A model generated the notes under the pieces. The model was not told the origin of the DNA. It was given only the letters and a program-made list of their open reading frames with translations, and made no database searches. Positions 10,060 to 21,184 of a stretch of 64,000 bases of DNA are shown here, piece after piece. This stretch comes from Flavobacteriales bacterium. GTDB taxonomy: Bacteria; Bacteroidota; Bacteroidia; Flavobacteriales_D; JAUILH01. The stretch lies in contig CAXRGQ010000016.1 of NCBI GenBank assembly GCA_964230215.1, positions 291,982-355,981 of the forward strand, given 5' to 3'. The translations under genes and the position numbers were made by a program. The first letter of the stretch is position 1. Each line of letters opens with the position of its first letter.

Positions 10060-10975
10060 CCATAATGCTTTTTCTCAAGGTATCCCGTCTAAAGAAGAAA
10101 ACATCCCTTTCTTAATCACTTTCTCTAAAAAAGGTTCAAAGTCTTGGGGAGATGATGACAACAAACAAGTCTTCTATTTTTTAATTCCTAAGAATTACAA
10201 TCAACCCTTTTATATAAGAGTAATGGACCCAGATGTGGGCGGTGAAAATGACGAAAAGAAAGGCGAGTTTAATTCAACTACTAAGTTCACTGTATACGGA
10301 GGAAAAGGATGTTATACTGACGAACAAAGTCGAATATCAGATCCCGAAGGCGATTACAAGTCGGGAACAATGTTAGCGTCCAAAGCCTTTGGCGTAGATG
10401 CAAAATACGATGGCAAATGGTATTCGTTTGGACCCTTCGACCCTTCATCAGGTGAAACTATAGATGAGTTCAATGCGCACTGTTTTAAGATTGTTTGTGA
10501 AGGTTTATCAGGAGACGATGGAAATCTTTATCGTTATTTCCTTAGCACAAGCAAAGAGAAGAATATAGCTATTGAAGGTGCGAATGCGTTCACGTTTGAA
10601 TATGCATTTAGATTGCATGATGATGCCAATCAGACATCTCATATTTATCCATACATAGACAATGATGTGGTTACCATGAAGCAGTCAAATTTTGATTGGG
10701 ATTCTGACGGCGCTATTCGATTAATCTCGAAAACGCACAAAGGAGAAATAATGAAGGCCTCAGGAGATAATGCATGGGCTATGTCTAAAGTGCAAATTAA
10801 TTCGGGAGACCAAAACAGCTCAGCAGATATTCAGTTTATCAAGGACAAAAACAAGAAGATCAAAAACAACAATGTGGTCTTTAATGTGACTAACCAATAC
10901 GGAAAATACTTACCTTTCTACTCAATTCCAATAGGCGGGGTGCCTAAATATGCATATAAGATTGGTACAAAATAG
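9995..10975 (+). CDS. hypothetical secreted protein
   Basis: Signal peptide MMKSFPIAAMRFLLLTLLGVSSHNAFSQ. Overlaps the upstream CDS by about 65 nt and stops 1 nt before the next start. No recognisable family. Confidence 0.5.
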   Translation: MMKSFPIAAMRFLLLTLLGVSSHNAFSQGIPSKEENIPFLITFSKKGSKSWGDDDNKQVFYFLIPKNYNQPFYIRVMDPDVGGENDEKKGEFNSTTKFTVYGGKGCYTDEQSRISDPEGDYKSGTMLASKAFGVDAKYDGKWYSFGPFDPSSGETIDEFNAHCFKIVCEGLSGDDGNLYRYFLSTSKEKNIAIEGANAFTFEYAFRLHDDANQTSHIYPYIDNDVVTMKQSNFDWDSDGAIRLISKTHKGEIMKASGDNAWAMSKVQINSGDQNSSADIQFIKDKNKKIKNNNVVFNVTNQYGKYLPFYSIPIGGVPKYAYKIGTK

Positions 10976-10976
10976 G

Positions 10977-13900
10977 ATGCGACAACTACTGTTACTTTTT
11001 ACACTCATTGGTTTTTCAAGCTTTGCCCAAAAGTCGATTGAAATAGATCAATTTGGTAAAAACTCAGGCATCACTCAACCCTTTATTTACAGCATTAATC
11101 AGGATAATCACGGTTACCTATGGATAGGTACTGGTGAAGGCGTTTTTAAATATAATGGATTTGAATTTGAACCCGTATTTGTGGGCGATAGTTTAACTGA
11201 AAACTATATTTCAATTGGTTACACAGACACCGATGGTAGAATCTGGTGGGGGCATCAAGAAGGAGGTCTAACGAGTTACAAGGACGGTGAATTCGAAACC
11301 TACCCCGGCAACGACCAGCGTTATGGAAAAATAACAGCCTTTTCTCAGGACGAGTCTGGAGATATTTGGTACTCACTGCAGAGTAACGGTGTAGTGCATA
11401 TCGATAGCGAAGGTGAATTTCATCACTACAAGGACCCATTCGAAAACATGATTATCTATGATATTGAGTTTGCTTATGGTGACTTAATGTTAATTGCCAC
11501 CGATAATGGCTTATTTCTTTACCAAGCCGTTAAACATGGCCCTCCAAGAAAAGTAATGCAAATTCGCCAGATACCCACGACGACAATTCACCACATATCT
11601 AAGGCAAATACGGAAGATAATTACTGGATTGGAACAGAGGATGAAGGCCTATTCAAAATTAAAGTGCATCCAAAAACTAAGGGCTTTATAGAAGTTATGC
11701 CTGTTGGTGAAGGATATAGCCTGAACGATAAATTCATAAAACATATCCTAGAAGATCGGAATGGTAATTTATGGATATCCACTTACGGAGAGGGAATTTT
11801 TAAAGCCAGCTACTCGGCATCATCTCAAGCGTATATTGATATTCAACTAATTGGTGAAAACTACAAGCTCTCATCGCTAAATATCAATATGGTATTTGAA
11901 GATAGGGAAGGAAACATTTGGGCTGGTTCTCACGGAGGATCGCTCTACTTTATAAAAGACAATTTATTTGAGCAGTATATCGAGACACTTAGCCATCACA
12001 ACTTTAAAAGTGTAAGGGCTATTTTGGTGGACACTTCATACTATTACTACGGAACGCGCGGAAGAGTAATCATCGAGAAAAAGAGCGATAATACCTCATT
12101 TGAATATGATTCGACCTACGGTGTGCCAAATAATTTAATTACGGCAATTTACAAGGACAAAAGAGGCGATTTGTGGCTGGGTACTGACGATAGCGGTACA
12201 TACGTGATGCCCAATGGAGAAAATCGCTTTAAACGCCTAAAACTGTCTTTGGATAATCTAGCGAACTCAGTAAATTCCATAACGGGTGGTGATCAATTCA
12301 TCTGGATAGCTACTAAGTTTGGGCTGTTTAAATACAATACGATTACAGATACGTACGAGAAGCTCTCAACCGAGAATCAATTAAAACATAATAATATATC
12401 GCAGCTTTATAAAGACCCAGAAACACAAGATATTTGGGTAGCTACACAAAGCAATTACCTATCCCGCATAAGAGGGTCAGAGATTGTTGACTTCATGATT
12501 AAAGAAAGTTCCTCAATCCTCAATATATCAAGTGTATGCGGTGATTCGAAAGACAATATATGGATTGCAACGCTTGGTAATGGTGTATATCGATTTGATA
12601 AAAATAAACAAGAATTCTATCATTTTGATCTAGGAAAACAACTGCTAAGTGATTATTGCTATTCCTTAATTGTTGATGACAGCAATCATGTGTGGATAGG
12701 ACATAGAGGGGGTATAAGCCGTATTAACCCGAATAGGAATGAGGTAAAAACCTACGGTCCTTTAGACGGTTTTACTGGAGACTGCTACCCTAACTCCATT
12801 TTTAAAGATAGTGATAACAATATATGGTTCGGGACAAATGATGGTGCCTTTAAATTTGTACAAACCAAGGATATCGTTAATACCATTCCACCACTAACCG
12901 ATTTAATTAGAGTTTTTGTTGCCAGTGGAAACGAAGAGAATTATTATCAGTCAGGTCCAGTAAGTCTTCCGTATGGCACGTATAAAGTAAGGTTTGAGTT
13001 TATCGGTTTATCATTTAAGAACAGTAATGCGGTTACCTACTCTTACAGGCTAAGGGGGCACGAACAAGAATGGACTGAACTTTCCACGAATAACTTTGCG
13101 CAATACAACAATCTGGCGGAAGGCGAATATGTATTTGAAGTTAAATCATGTAATAGCGATGGTTATTGTAGTGTTGATGCCACCGAATTCTCTATAACCA
13201 TTGCTACACCAATATGGAAAAAGTGGTGGTTTATAGCCTTGTGCGTTTTGTTTGTCCTGGCCATTGTATTCTTCTACATTCGGTACAGAGATAAGCGTCA
13301 AAAGCAGATTCAACTATATCTACAAACAGAGCTAGATGCCCGTACTAGAGAGGTTGTTCATCAAAAAGAGCAATTAGAGCACAAAAACAAGGACATTACG
13401 GATAGTATCAACTATGCACAGCGTATACAAAGAGCAGTTATCCCGAAATACACGGAATTAAAAGCAATTTTCCCTGAATCATATGTCTTCTTTAAACCGA
13501 GAGACATTGTATCTGGAGATTTTTATTGGATGTCAAGACCAAATGAAGACACAGTACTTATTGCATGTGCAGATGCAACTGGGCACGGAGTTCCGGGTGC
13601 CTTTATGAGTTTGATTGGCTCAACTGTACTCCAAGATGCGGTTAGACGACCTGAGGTAGTTTCTCCTCAACACATCCTAGAAACCCTTGAACAGGAAGTT
13701 CTAAACATGCTTACATCAGATGGTAAAGAGGATAACCCAAAAGATGGAATGGACATATCTGTTTGTGAAATCAATACAAAAACCAATGTTATCCGTATTT
13801 GCTCTGCCATGCGTCCGGTGTTCTTGATTAAAGATGGAGAGTTAATAAACGTAAAAGCAAATAGGAACCCTATTGGCGGTGGCTATAAAAACTTTGAAAA

Positions 13901-14150
13901 AACCTTTGACATGGAGACTTTCCAGCTTAAAAAAGGAGACGGTATCTACATGTTTACAGATGGTTATCCTGATCAATTTGGCGGCGAAAACGGAAAAAAA
14001 TTCAAAGTGAGTAAGCTTAAACAAATCTTCACCGAAAGTCACGGAAAATCTGCTAACGAACAATATGAGCGTTTAGACAGAGAATTCTATATGTGGACAG
14101 AAGGCTACTCGCAAATTGATGATGTCTTGGTTATAGGCATTACTTTGTAG
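10977..14150 (+). CDS. membrane sensor PP2C/SpoIIE-family phosphatase with periplasmic two-component-regulator beta-propeller and Y_Y_Y domains
   Basis: Signal peptide. Many D..G.LWIGT / NIWFGT propeller repeats. Y_Y_Y-like YSYRLRGHEQEWTE. One TM (WWFIALCVLFVLAIVFFYI), a coiled coil, then SpoIIE motifs (SGDFYW, ADATGHGVPGAFMS, MFTDGYPDQFGG, DDVLVIGI). Confidence 0.8.
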   Translation: MRQLLLLFTLIGFSSFAQKSIEIDQFGKNSGITQPFIYSINQDNHGYLWIGTGEGVFKYNGFEFEPVFVGDSLTENYISIGYTDTDGRIWWGHQEGGLTSYKDGEFETYPGNDQRYGKITAFSQDESGDIWYSLQSNGVVHIDSEGEFHHYKDPFENMIIYDIEFAYGDLMLIATDNGLFLYQAVKHGPPRKVMQIRQIPTTTIHHISKANTEDNYWIGTEDEGLFKIKVHPKTKGFIEVMPVGEGYSLNDKFIKHILEDRNGNLWISTYGEGIFKASYSASSQAYIDIQLIGENYKLSSLNINMVFEDREGNIWAGSHGGSLYFIKDNLFEQYIETLSHHNFKSVRAILVDTSYYYYGTRGRVIIEKKSDNTSFEYDSTYGVPNNLITAIYKDKRGDLWLGTDDSGTYVMPNGENRFKRLKLSLDNLANSVNSITGGDQFIWIATKFGLFKYNTITDTYEKLSTENQLKHNNISQLYKDPETQDIWVATQSNYLSRIRGSEIVDFMIKESSSILNISSVCGDSKDNIWIATLGNGVYRFDKNKQEFYHFDLGKQLLSDYCYSLIVDDSNHVWIGHRGGISRINPNRNEVKTYGPLDGFTGDCYPNSIFKDSDNNIWFGTNDGAFKFVQTKDIVNTIPPLTDLIRVFVASGNEENYYQSGPVSLPYGTYKVRFEFIGLSFKNSNAVTYSYRLRGHEQEWTELSTNNFAQYNNLAEGEYVFEVKSCNSDGYCSVDATEFSITIATPIWKKWWFIALCVLFVLAIVFFYIRYRDKRQKQIQLYLQTELDARTREVVHQKEQLEHKNKDITDSINYAQRIQRAVIPKYTELKAIFPESYVFFKPRDIVSGDFYWMSRPNEDTVLIACADATGHGVPGAFMSLIGSTVLQDAVRRPEVVSPQHILETLEQEVLNMLTSDGKEDNPKDGMDISVCEINTKTNVIRICSAMRPVFLIKDGELINVKANRNPIGGGYKNFEKTFDMETFQLKKGDGIYMFTDGYPDQFGGENGKKFKVSKLKQIFTESHGKSANEQYERLDREFYMWTEGYSQIDDVLVIGITL

Positions 14151-17100
14151 TTAAGTCCTTAGGCCAAAGCTTATTACCGTCCAAATCATAAATGGATAAC
14201 TGATCTGACTTAAAAGTATAGAACCTATTGTCGCTATAATGAACAGCGTCATGCACAAATGGCACCGTTTTATCAGATTCAAATCTCGATACACTCCCCC
14301 ACAAAGAAGGATATCGCATTAAATAATAATCATCTACTCTCCTACCCTCCCTGTATTCGAAAGGAATGATTGTTTTTCCATCTTTTTCTACACCCGCTAA
14401 CCTTCCATCATGCAGAATTTCAATAAGCTCTTTTTTATATACTGAAGGCGCTCTGTATTTGCTTATACTAGCTGTACCATCGGGCGAATAGTAGGATATT
14501 TTGTTTCCGTTTTGCCATATCGAGCCGTCCACTGAAACATCTTTTTCTCCTGACACCAAATCTTCAATAATCCAATTATTTCCATCCATGTAACTTACTA
14601 CCTGCTCAATTATATTATCTACTTCTTGGTATTCTTTGCTCCTATTTAAGTTATACTTTGTGATAAACGAATACGTGCCATTATGAGACAAAACTACACC
14701 TCCGCTATGCACCCTATGGATATTTGTACGTCTTAATTTCTTTTGCTGGTCACTTAAAAGATTCTTAAGAATCACCTTCCCTCTTTTTTCCGTTACCATC
14801 AATCCCCCCTTTATATAAAACGACAGATCATCCGCCCCATTAAACATATTTTCGCCATCCATAGAGTACATTGAAATGCTTCCGCCTCCAACAAATCGAA
14901 TCATATTATCTATCGTATCCAGTTCAGCATACTGAATTTTTTCAAGCCATTTACCTGACGCCGTAAGTATGCCAACTCGGTTTTTCGAATGGACGCTATA
15001 CAGTTTATCGCTAAGGCGGTTTATTTCATCCGCGCCCACTTTAACCAGCGTATCTTGATCATGGTTTAGTACAGTTAGTTCTCTTTTGTTTAATTGATAA
15101 CACAGCACTTCTGATAGAGGATAAATCTTTTCATCAGATTCAGCTACTACCTCAGCCTTCGTATTTCTAATACGGTATTTCCCGTCACTATCATAACTTG
15201 CAAAATGATTGGATTTAACAGCGTAGACATCATCCAAATCCATTAATTTTTCGCCTGATAAGGTGTATACTGCCTCTTTGGAATTATAGATTGCAGCTAC
15301 AAATTTTGCACTTTTCCCGTCTGTGCTAATTAGGGTGTCATAAAACTCAGGCATTATTATCTTGTTTGAATCCGAAACCACTCCGAATCGCCCGTTTCGT
15401 TTAAAAGGGAAATACTTGTCTTGATGATTTGCAGTAAAATCAAATTGCTCTGTGCCAAACCAATGGTTCCTATTGCTTTCTCTAAATCGAGCTTGTGTAA
15501 AGCTCCATTTTCCTCCAACGGGGTGTACGTATGTGGAGTCATTAAGCAACTCTCGATACACTTCCACACTGTCTGGGAATACAGTATACGTGCTAAACAC
15601 GCGGGCATAATAATCCCCAAATGTCTCAGGAGACGGAACGGTGCTTAAAACCAACTTACCTCCTTTGTATAATTTTGCTTTGTAATCCAGATCTGGCTCA
15701 CAGTATTGTAATTGATTAATGTAATGAGTGCTGTAATCTGCAATTCGAGTTAGATTAACCTTTGTATGGTGGTTAAATAGTTTATTAAAAGCGTAAGCAT
15801 CATGGAATTCTGTTGCAACAAAATGCTTATTTGTGAATGTCCCAGCTTGACCTGCGCTGATATAATCCAAGCTTTTGTCTGTTTTCCAAGTTCTATTCAC
15901 ATGATAATACCGCGTTGCTTTAGTGTTGTTTAGAGATAAGACATGGCCACTATTGTGTATTTCTTGAGCCACTGGTCTAATATGCCAATCTGTTCTGTAA
16001 TTATACTTTGCACCCCACTTTTCACTTGGTACGTGATAAGATAAATTAGACAATTCCAGCCCAAATGGATACCTTCTATTAAAGTGAATGGATGCAGCAG
16101 AATCTACCACCGCATATGAAGGTATGGCGCCATAATCATATTTGATGTGTTTATTTGAAGCCGAATCGAACTCGTAAACAACTACTCTATTTCCTTCATA
16201 AAGCTTCACTAAATCATCTGATATAAAAACGTTTTTATTGTTTCTACATAGATTTTCTGTGCTAGTTCTTACAGTTTTGTTGTTTCCATTATACCCTACA
16301 CAATATCTTCCTACAACATTAACATCTGGAAAAGAACATCCTAAAATTTCACGACCAGAATCCAGATCAGCAATACCATAGAGATTATTCCTATATAAGT
16401 AGACATATGGCGCATTATGGACCACAAACACACCATCATATTTGCATGGAAGAATTTGTTTTCCTGAGTCGATTGCTAAGCCTTCATGCCCATTATGCGT
16501 AATAATATAATAGGATGAACTATCAACGTCCTTATGGAATTTAACGGCATCATAGGAGGGCGGAATCAATGTGTCTCCATAAAGATTGCATGTACCTTGT
16601 TTACCTGTAGATGCGGTAAAAATAAACTCATCTTTTTCTTTTGACCCAATAGCAATGTTGCTAAATCGGGGCTCGATTAGCATTGATCCACTACTATCAA
16701 TGACACCAACACGCGCAGAATCATCAAAAATTGCGATATACTTAGCGTTTAGCACTGCATAATTGTATTCAGCTGATGCATGTACGGGCTGATTAATGTG
16801 TTTAAAGAGCCTATAGTCATTCTCTGAAATCAATTTATAATACCCGTCTGTCATCAACACAATACTATCGTTTTGTCTATCTATCATAGCACCACTATAA
16901 TCGAAATACTCCCAAACACCATTTTTTCGTGCTCTAATCAGATTATGATTTACAACTGGCAAAACATGTTCCCACTCGCAGTCAAGAAGTTTTTCACCCG
17001 TGTACCTTTTGTGTGCTCCTAACTTGCTATTCTTTTCAGTTAAGATAAAATCTCCAAAATATCCAATGGTGTTATACAGTGCTGTTACTAAAACCTCCCC

Positions 17101-17526
17101 ATCTGACTCCATAAGACCCCATCCTTGCTTGGTTTTATATTTATATATCCCTTTGTAAGGTTGAATGTCGATATAGCTCTTAGATAGGGCATAACCACAT
17201 GAATCTAGCAATTTGCATTGTGAACCTTGATGCGCTATAAAGCCACCATTCTCTGCGATCAATCTACTATACTTAAAAGGCACATTCACATCTCCGCTTG
17301 GTGAAATACATCCCCATAAGCCCTTGCTCTTACAAAGAAAATTATACCCATCCTGCAGACTTATTATGGTATCATATTTAGCTGCACTTAACACTATCGC
17401 CTCATCATTTGCTAAGGTCCAGTAATCACCAACTTTAACAGGATATACATTGTTTTTAGTCCAATAACTTTGGGCAGAAACGAGGGTTCCAATTAATAGC
17501 AAGGGGATTACTAACAATAGTCTCAT
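14140..17526 (-). CDS. secreted WG-repeat (KWG) containing protein, 1128 aa
   Basis: Signal peptide. Recurrent GLWG/GWGL...G.(I/V)..P.(Y/F)D motifs (e.g. KGLWGCISPSGDVNVPFKY, QGWGLMESDGEVLV) across the whole protein. Confidence 0.7.
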   Translation of the reverse strand: MRLLLVIPLLLIGTLVSAQSYWTKNNVYPVKVGDYWTLANDEAIVLSAAKYDTIISLQDGYNFLCKSKGLWGCISPSGDVNVPFKYSRLIAENGGFIAHQGSQCKLLDSCGYALSKSYIDIQPYKGIYKYKTKQGWGLMESDGEVLVTALYNTIGYFGDFILTEKNSKLGAHKRYTGEKLLDCEWEHVLPVVNHNLIRARKNGVWEYFDYSGAMIDRQNDSIVLMTDGYYKLISENDYRLFKHINQPVHASAEYNYAVLNAKYIAIFDDSARVGVIDSSGSMLIEPRFSNIAIGSKEKDEFIFTASTGKQGTCNLYGDTLIPPSYDAVKFHKDVDSSSYYIITHNGHEGLAIDSGKQILPCKYDGVFVVHNAPYVYLYRNNLYGIADLDSGREILGCSFPDVNVVGRYCVGYNGNNKTVRTSTENLCRNNKNVFISDDLVKLYEGNRVVVYEFDSASNKHIKYDYGAIPSYAVVDSAASIHFNRRYPFGLELSNLSYHVPSEKWGAKYNYRTDWHIRPVAQEIHNSGHVLSLNNTKATRYYHVNRTWKTDKSLDYISAGQAGTFTNKHFVATEFHDAYAFNKLFNHHTKVNLTRIADYSTHYINQLQYCEPDLDYKAKLYKGGKLVLSTVPSPETFGDYYARVFSTYTVFPDSVEVYRELLNDSTYVHPVGGKWSFTQARFRESNRNHWFGTEQFDFTANHQDKYFPFKRNGRFGVVSDSNKIIMPEFYDTLISTDGKSAKFVAAIYNSKEAVYTLSGEKLMDLDDVYAVKSNHFASYDSDGKYRIRNTKAEVVAESDEKIYPLSEVLCYQLNKRELTVLNHDQDTLVKVGADEINRLSDKLYSVHSKNRVGILTASGKWLEKIQYAELDTIDNMIRFVGGGSISMYSMDGENMFNGADDLSFYIKGGLMVTEKRGKVILKNLLSDQQKKLRRTNIHRVHSGGVVLSHNGTYSFITKYNLNRSKEYQEVDNIIEQVVSYMDGNNWIIEDLVSGEKDVSVDGSIWQNGNKISYYSPDGTASISKYRAPSVYKKELIEILHDGRLAGVEKDGKTIIPFEYREGRRVDDYYLMRYPSLWGSVSRFESDKTVPFVHDAVHYSDNRFYTFKSDQLSIYDLDGNKLWPKDLTTK

Positions 17527-17531
17527 AGTGT

Positions 17532-18950
17532 TTATATTAAGGATAATACGTGGTCAATATCTTTTGCAGAATTCAGCTTTGTGTCCATTACCTTTAGCTT
17601 GAATGTGTATTCAGTTCTTTCATTTTGAGAAAACTGGGATAGAGATAGATTATCAAAATCAGCTTGGCTAAATGTAGCCACCTTACTATCAGGCAGAATA
17701 GCGATCATTTTATTGTCATCATCTGGGTTAAACCTGAAATTTCCATATGTACTTGGGGTGTATTGAACTACAGCCGTTCCATTACCAGTAATAAGAAATA
17801 CGGAAATGTTGCTGCCTTCGAAATCTTCTCCGCTATATTCAAATTTTGCCAGTACTTGTAACATAGGGTTGTATTTATACTGGCGATCGTAATTATAAAT
17901 ACCCATGTTTTTAATTGAGAACGCTCTAACGATATCAGACTCTCTCTCTATTCTTTCGCGCTCCTTCTTGTAAGTCTCCATACGTTCGTTAAACTCAACT
18001 AGGCGCTGATTAAATTTCATATCTGCTTTTTCTAAAAGTTTTCCTCTAAAAACCGGACGTGCTGTTGTGAATGCAGTCGTATCATCATTTTGAACGGTAA
18101 TACTATATACACCCGTTTCATCCTCATCAGGTACAATGCTCGCGTAGTTCCATTCTCTTGAAAAAAGTTTGGGATTCAAAAGTGGATTAGATGATGTGTC
18201 CGTACCAGTATATTGCCAAACTAAACCCATTAAATCTCTGAAGCCGGAAAAGTGATTATAATCTATATTCAGATCAAAATACTTACCATCGGATGAGTAC
18301 CTAAGAGGTACGTTGGGTTTTACTATACTATCAATTCTTTGATCTATGAGCTGCATTGCTGCGCGCTTATCGGTATTTTCAACGGGATCTGGATTACCTA
18401 AATAATTCCAAGGCAATTCTCTATTAGGTTTATGATAGAAATTGAAATCGCCTGATTTAAAACTTGCCAATTCAACATCTATTGACTTATCCTTCGCTAA
18501 GACAAGCTCCTCTCCACTTTGATAGGCATATATTTCAAACATACCAGCAGATTCAAAATCGATTTTAATACCGGCCGAATCGTAGTTCATAGGTATTCCA
18601 CTTGCAATGATATCCCCAGCAGAATGGTATTCATTAAAGACCACCTCAACTTCACCTTCAACAGGTCTCCCATCCTTATACACAAATGCCTGAGCAGGAA
18701 TACTTACTTTAGTTCCTGTTTCCTTCACAATTTCAATATCAGATTCTGCCTGATAGTACTCGGCAGGCGCTTCATTAAAATTGAAAGTTGTAGGTGCACC
18801 TAATTCTGCTGTTTCATCAGAAAAGTTCTTTTTTTGTTTAAGCTCCGAAACATCTTCCTTAAGCTCTTTATTTTGACGAGAAGATTCGTCTGAGTTGCAT
18901 GAAGAAATTAATAATGAGATAGTGCCAACTAAAAGTAACTGTAATTTCAT
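17532..18950 (-). CDS. hypothetical lipoprotein
   Basis: Lipobox LLISSCNS. 472-aa ORF ending 5 nt upstream of the WG-repeat gene start. No recognisable domain. Confidence 0.55.
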   Translation of the reverse strand: MKLQLLLVGTISLLISSCNSDESSRQNKELKEDVSELKQKKNFSDETAELGAPTTFNFNEAPAEYYQAESDIEIVKETGTKVSIPAQAFVYKDGRPVEGEVEVVFNEYHSAGDIIASGIPMNYDSAGIKIDFESAGMFEIYAYQSGEELVLAKDKSIDVELASFKSGDFNFYHKPNRELPWNYLGNPDPVENTDKRAAMQLIDQRIDSIVKPNVPLRYSSDGKYFDLNIDYNHFSGFRDLMGLVWQYTGTDTSSNPLLNPKLFSREWNYASIVPDEDETGVYSITVQNDDTTAFTTARPVFRGKLLEKADMKFNQRLVEFNERMETYKKERERIERESDIVRAFSIKNMGIYNYDRQYKYNPMLQVLAKFEYSGEDFEGSNISVFLITGNGTAVVQYTPSTYGNFRFNPDDDNKMIAILPDSKVATFSQADFDNLSLSQFSQNERTEYTFKLKVMDTKLNSAKDIDHVLSLI

Positions 18951-18978
18951 GTGGTAAAGATTTATTGTTGTTTGTATA

Positions 18979-19851
18979 ATGTATCAACGAAAAAAAGTAA
19001 CACATTTGTGTATGAATTATTCCCAATTGACTGCACGCGCCAAGCGTTTGATTGTGCTAACACTCTTGTTGAGCATAAGTTCCTGCACATCAAATGAAAA
19101 ACAAACGAATAACAATAATTCCGGCCATAACAAGCTTGAGCCAAGTCAAGTCTTATTGAAATCATGCCTAAATTTGGTAGAAACACTATATCCTCAAGAT
19201 TATGGCCAATACAAGCATACGTTTGAAAATGATTCTATCCTGCCAGGCGATAGTGATTACGGTATAGGTGCTTTTGATTTAGGCGAACTCCCCATACATT
19301 TAGAATTCTACAAATTAAACCTTCAGGGAGACGACAAGGAAGAATATGCCGCTTTTGTGTTCTTTGGTCCTATAATGAGTTGGGAAAACTATGGTATTAT
19401 CTTTAACGATAAGTTGGAAGCTATTGACACCCTGCAAATATTAAGCAAAGACGGGCTTTGTCAAGTTGACTTTAAACACTTACACTCACCTGATCACTAT
19501 ACTATAATCACAGATTGGGAACAAAGTATATCTGTTTATAGAGATGCAGGTCTAAATATGTATCGATTAGCTGATGATTCGATAGACGACATTCTCTACC
19601 TTAACACGCTTCATGAAGATCGCGGTCATCACGGAAATCCAAAAGATTTAAAGGAAGGTCAGATATGGCTATCTACGTCTGAACTTAAGTACCTGGATAA
19701 CGACAACGGTACGCAGAGATTTGAATATCACACACTGATTACATTAGACAAAGAGCGCCAGGACACTCTGCGCCACACGATAAAGGAATACAACTGGTCG
19801 CAAAAACTAGATAAGTTTGACATTACTCCAGTTGTGAGTTACGCCTTGTGA
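18979..19851 (+). CDS. hypothetical lipoprotein
   Basis: Lipobox LLLSISSCTS. The start may be the ATG at 19012 instead (MNYSQLTARAKR...). No recognisable domain. Confidence 0.5.
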   Translation: MYQRKKVTHLCMNYSQLTARAKRLIVLTLLLSISSCTSNEKQTNNNNSGHNKLEPSQVLLKSCLNLVETLYPQDYGQYKHTFENDSILPGDSDYGIGAFDLGELPIHLEFYKLNLQGDDKEEYAAFVFFGPIMSWENYGIIFNDKLEAIDTLQILSKDGLCQVDFKHLHSPDHYTIITDWEQSISVYRDAGLNMYRLADDSIDDILYLNTLHEDRGHHGNPKDLKEGQIWLSTSELKYLDNDNGTQRFEYHTLITLDKERQDTLRHTIKEYNWSQKLDKFDITPVVSYAL

Positions 19852-20432
19852 CGCGACTCAAGTACGGTGATTATATCCGATAAACTAAATCCTTTCGCTC
19901 TAAGCAGTACCAAGTAGTGAAATAATAAATCTGAGGCTTCTTCTTTAAACAGGGCATCCTCTTTTCGCATGGCTTCTATTACTAACTCGACGGCTTCTTC
20001 ACCCACTTTTTGAGCCACTTTATTAATACCAGAATCGACTAGGGACTTGACATAAGACTTATCACTATTGCCATCTAACCTGTTATTAATCGTTGCTTCT
20101 AATGTACCCAAGAAGGAATAATCGGCCGGATTCTCCTCTCCCCAACATGTATCCGTTCCTTTGTGACATGTCGGTCCTTTCGGATTTACGCGCACTAAAA
20201 GACTGTCCGAATCGCAGTCTAACTTAATGTCTATCAGCTCAAGATAGTTACCACTCTCCTCTCCTTTTGTCCAAAGACGATTTTTTGACCTACTGAAAAA
20301 CGTTACTTTTTTTATCTCAAGGGTTTTGTGATAAGCGTCTTCATTCATATAACCCAGCATCAGAACTTGCCTAGTTTTAGCGTCTTGAATTATCGCAGGA
20401 ACCAATCCATTTCCTTTCTCAAAATCTATCAT
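19839..20432 (-). CDS. hisIE: bifunctional phosphoribosyl-AMP cyclohydrolase / phosphoribosyl-ATP pyrophosphatase
   Basis: Conserved LVPAIIQD...[12 protein letters not shown]..(T)CW and the C-terminal PRA-PH helical part ([10 protein letters not shown]...LLFHYLVLL). Last gene of the his operon. Confidence 0.9.
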   Translation of the reverse strand: MIDFEKGNGLVPAIIQDAKTRQVLMLGYMNEDAYHKTLEIKKVTFFSRSKNRLWTKGEESGNYLELIDIKLDCDSDSLLVRVNPKGPTCHKGTDTCWGEENPADYSFLGTLEATINNRLDGNSDKSYVKSLVDSGINKVAQKVGEEAVELVIEAMRKEDALFKEEASDLLFHYLVLLRAKGFSLSDIITVLESRHKA

Positions 20433-21184
20433 AATCTAACGGGTATATCATTATCATTTAAAGTCCTTTTTAATTCGTCTATGCCTATTTCACCGAAATG
20501 AAATACACTTGCTGCTAGTGCTGCATCCGCCTTGCCCACAGTAAAAACATCCACAAAATCCTGAATACTCCCAGCACCTCCAGAAGCAATTATAGGAACC
20601 GAAACTAATTCACTTAGGCGAGATAATTCCTCGTTTGAAAAGCCTTGTTTCGTTCCATCGTGGTCCATGGAAGTAAACAACAATTCACCTGCCCCCAATC
20701 GCACTAATTCTTGTGCCCACTCAAACAAAGTTAAGTCGGTTTTATATCGCCCTCCTCCAATGTAAACGGGGTAGTCATCTCCTTCTCTTTTTGCATCTAT
20801 GGCAGCCACCACACACTGGCTTCCGTACTTTTTCGCCAAATCATTCACCAATTGTGGTTTTTTAACGGCAGCCGAATTAATGGCGATTTTATCTGCCCCC
20901 GCACCCAATATCCTTCCTGCATCTTCAAGCGAACCTACGCCTCCGCCCACTGTAAAAGGTATATTGATGTTTTGGGCCACCGCACGCACCCAGTCAAGTT
21001 GAGTATCCCGATTTTCATAACTAGCTGTAATATCAAGGAATACTAATTCGTCTGCGCCGCCCTGAGCATAGGCTATAGCCAACTCAACCGGGTCGCCAGC
21101 ATCCACCAGATTAACAAAATTAATCCCCTTAACAGTGCGCCCGTCTTTCACGTCTAAACAGGGTACAATTCTTTTTTTAAGCAT
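20429..21184 (-). CDS. hisF: imidazole glycerol phosphate synthase cyclase subunit
   Basis: [27 protein letters not shown] and ASGGAG motifs. Confidence 0.95.
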   Translation of the reverse strand: MLKKRIVPCLDVKDGRTVKGINFVNLVDAGDPVELAIAYAQGGADELVFLDITASYENRDTQLDWVRAVAQNINIPFTVGGGVGSLEDAGRILGAGADKIAINSAAVKKPQLVNDLAKKYGSQCVVAAIDAKREGDDYPVYIGGGRYKTDLTLFEWAQELVRLGAGELLFTSMDHDGTKQGFSNEELSRLSELVSVPIIASGGAGSIQDFVDVFTVGKADAALAASVFHFGEIGIDELKRTLNDNDIPVRL

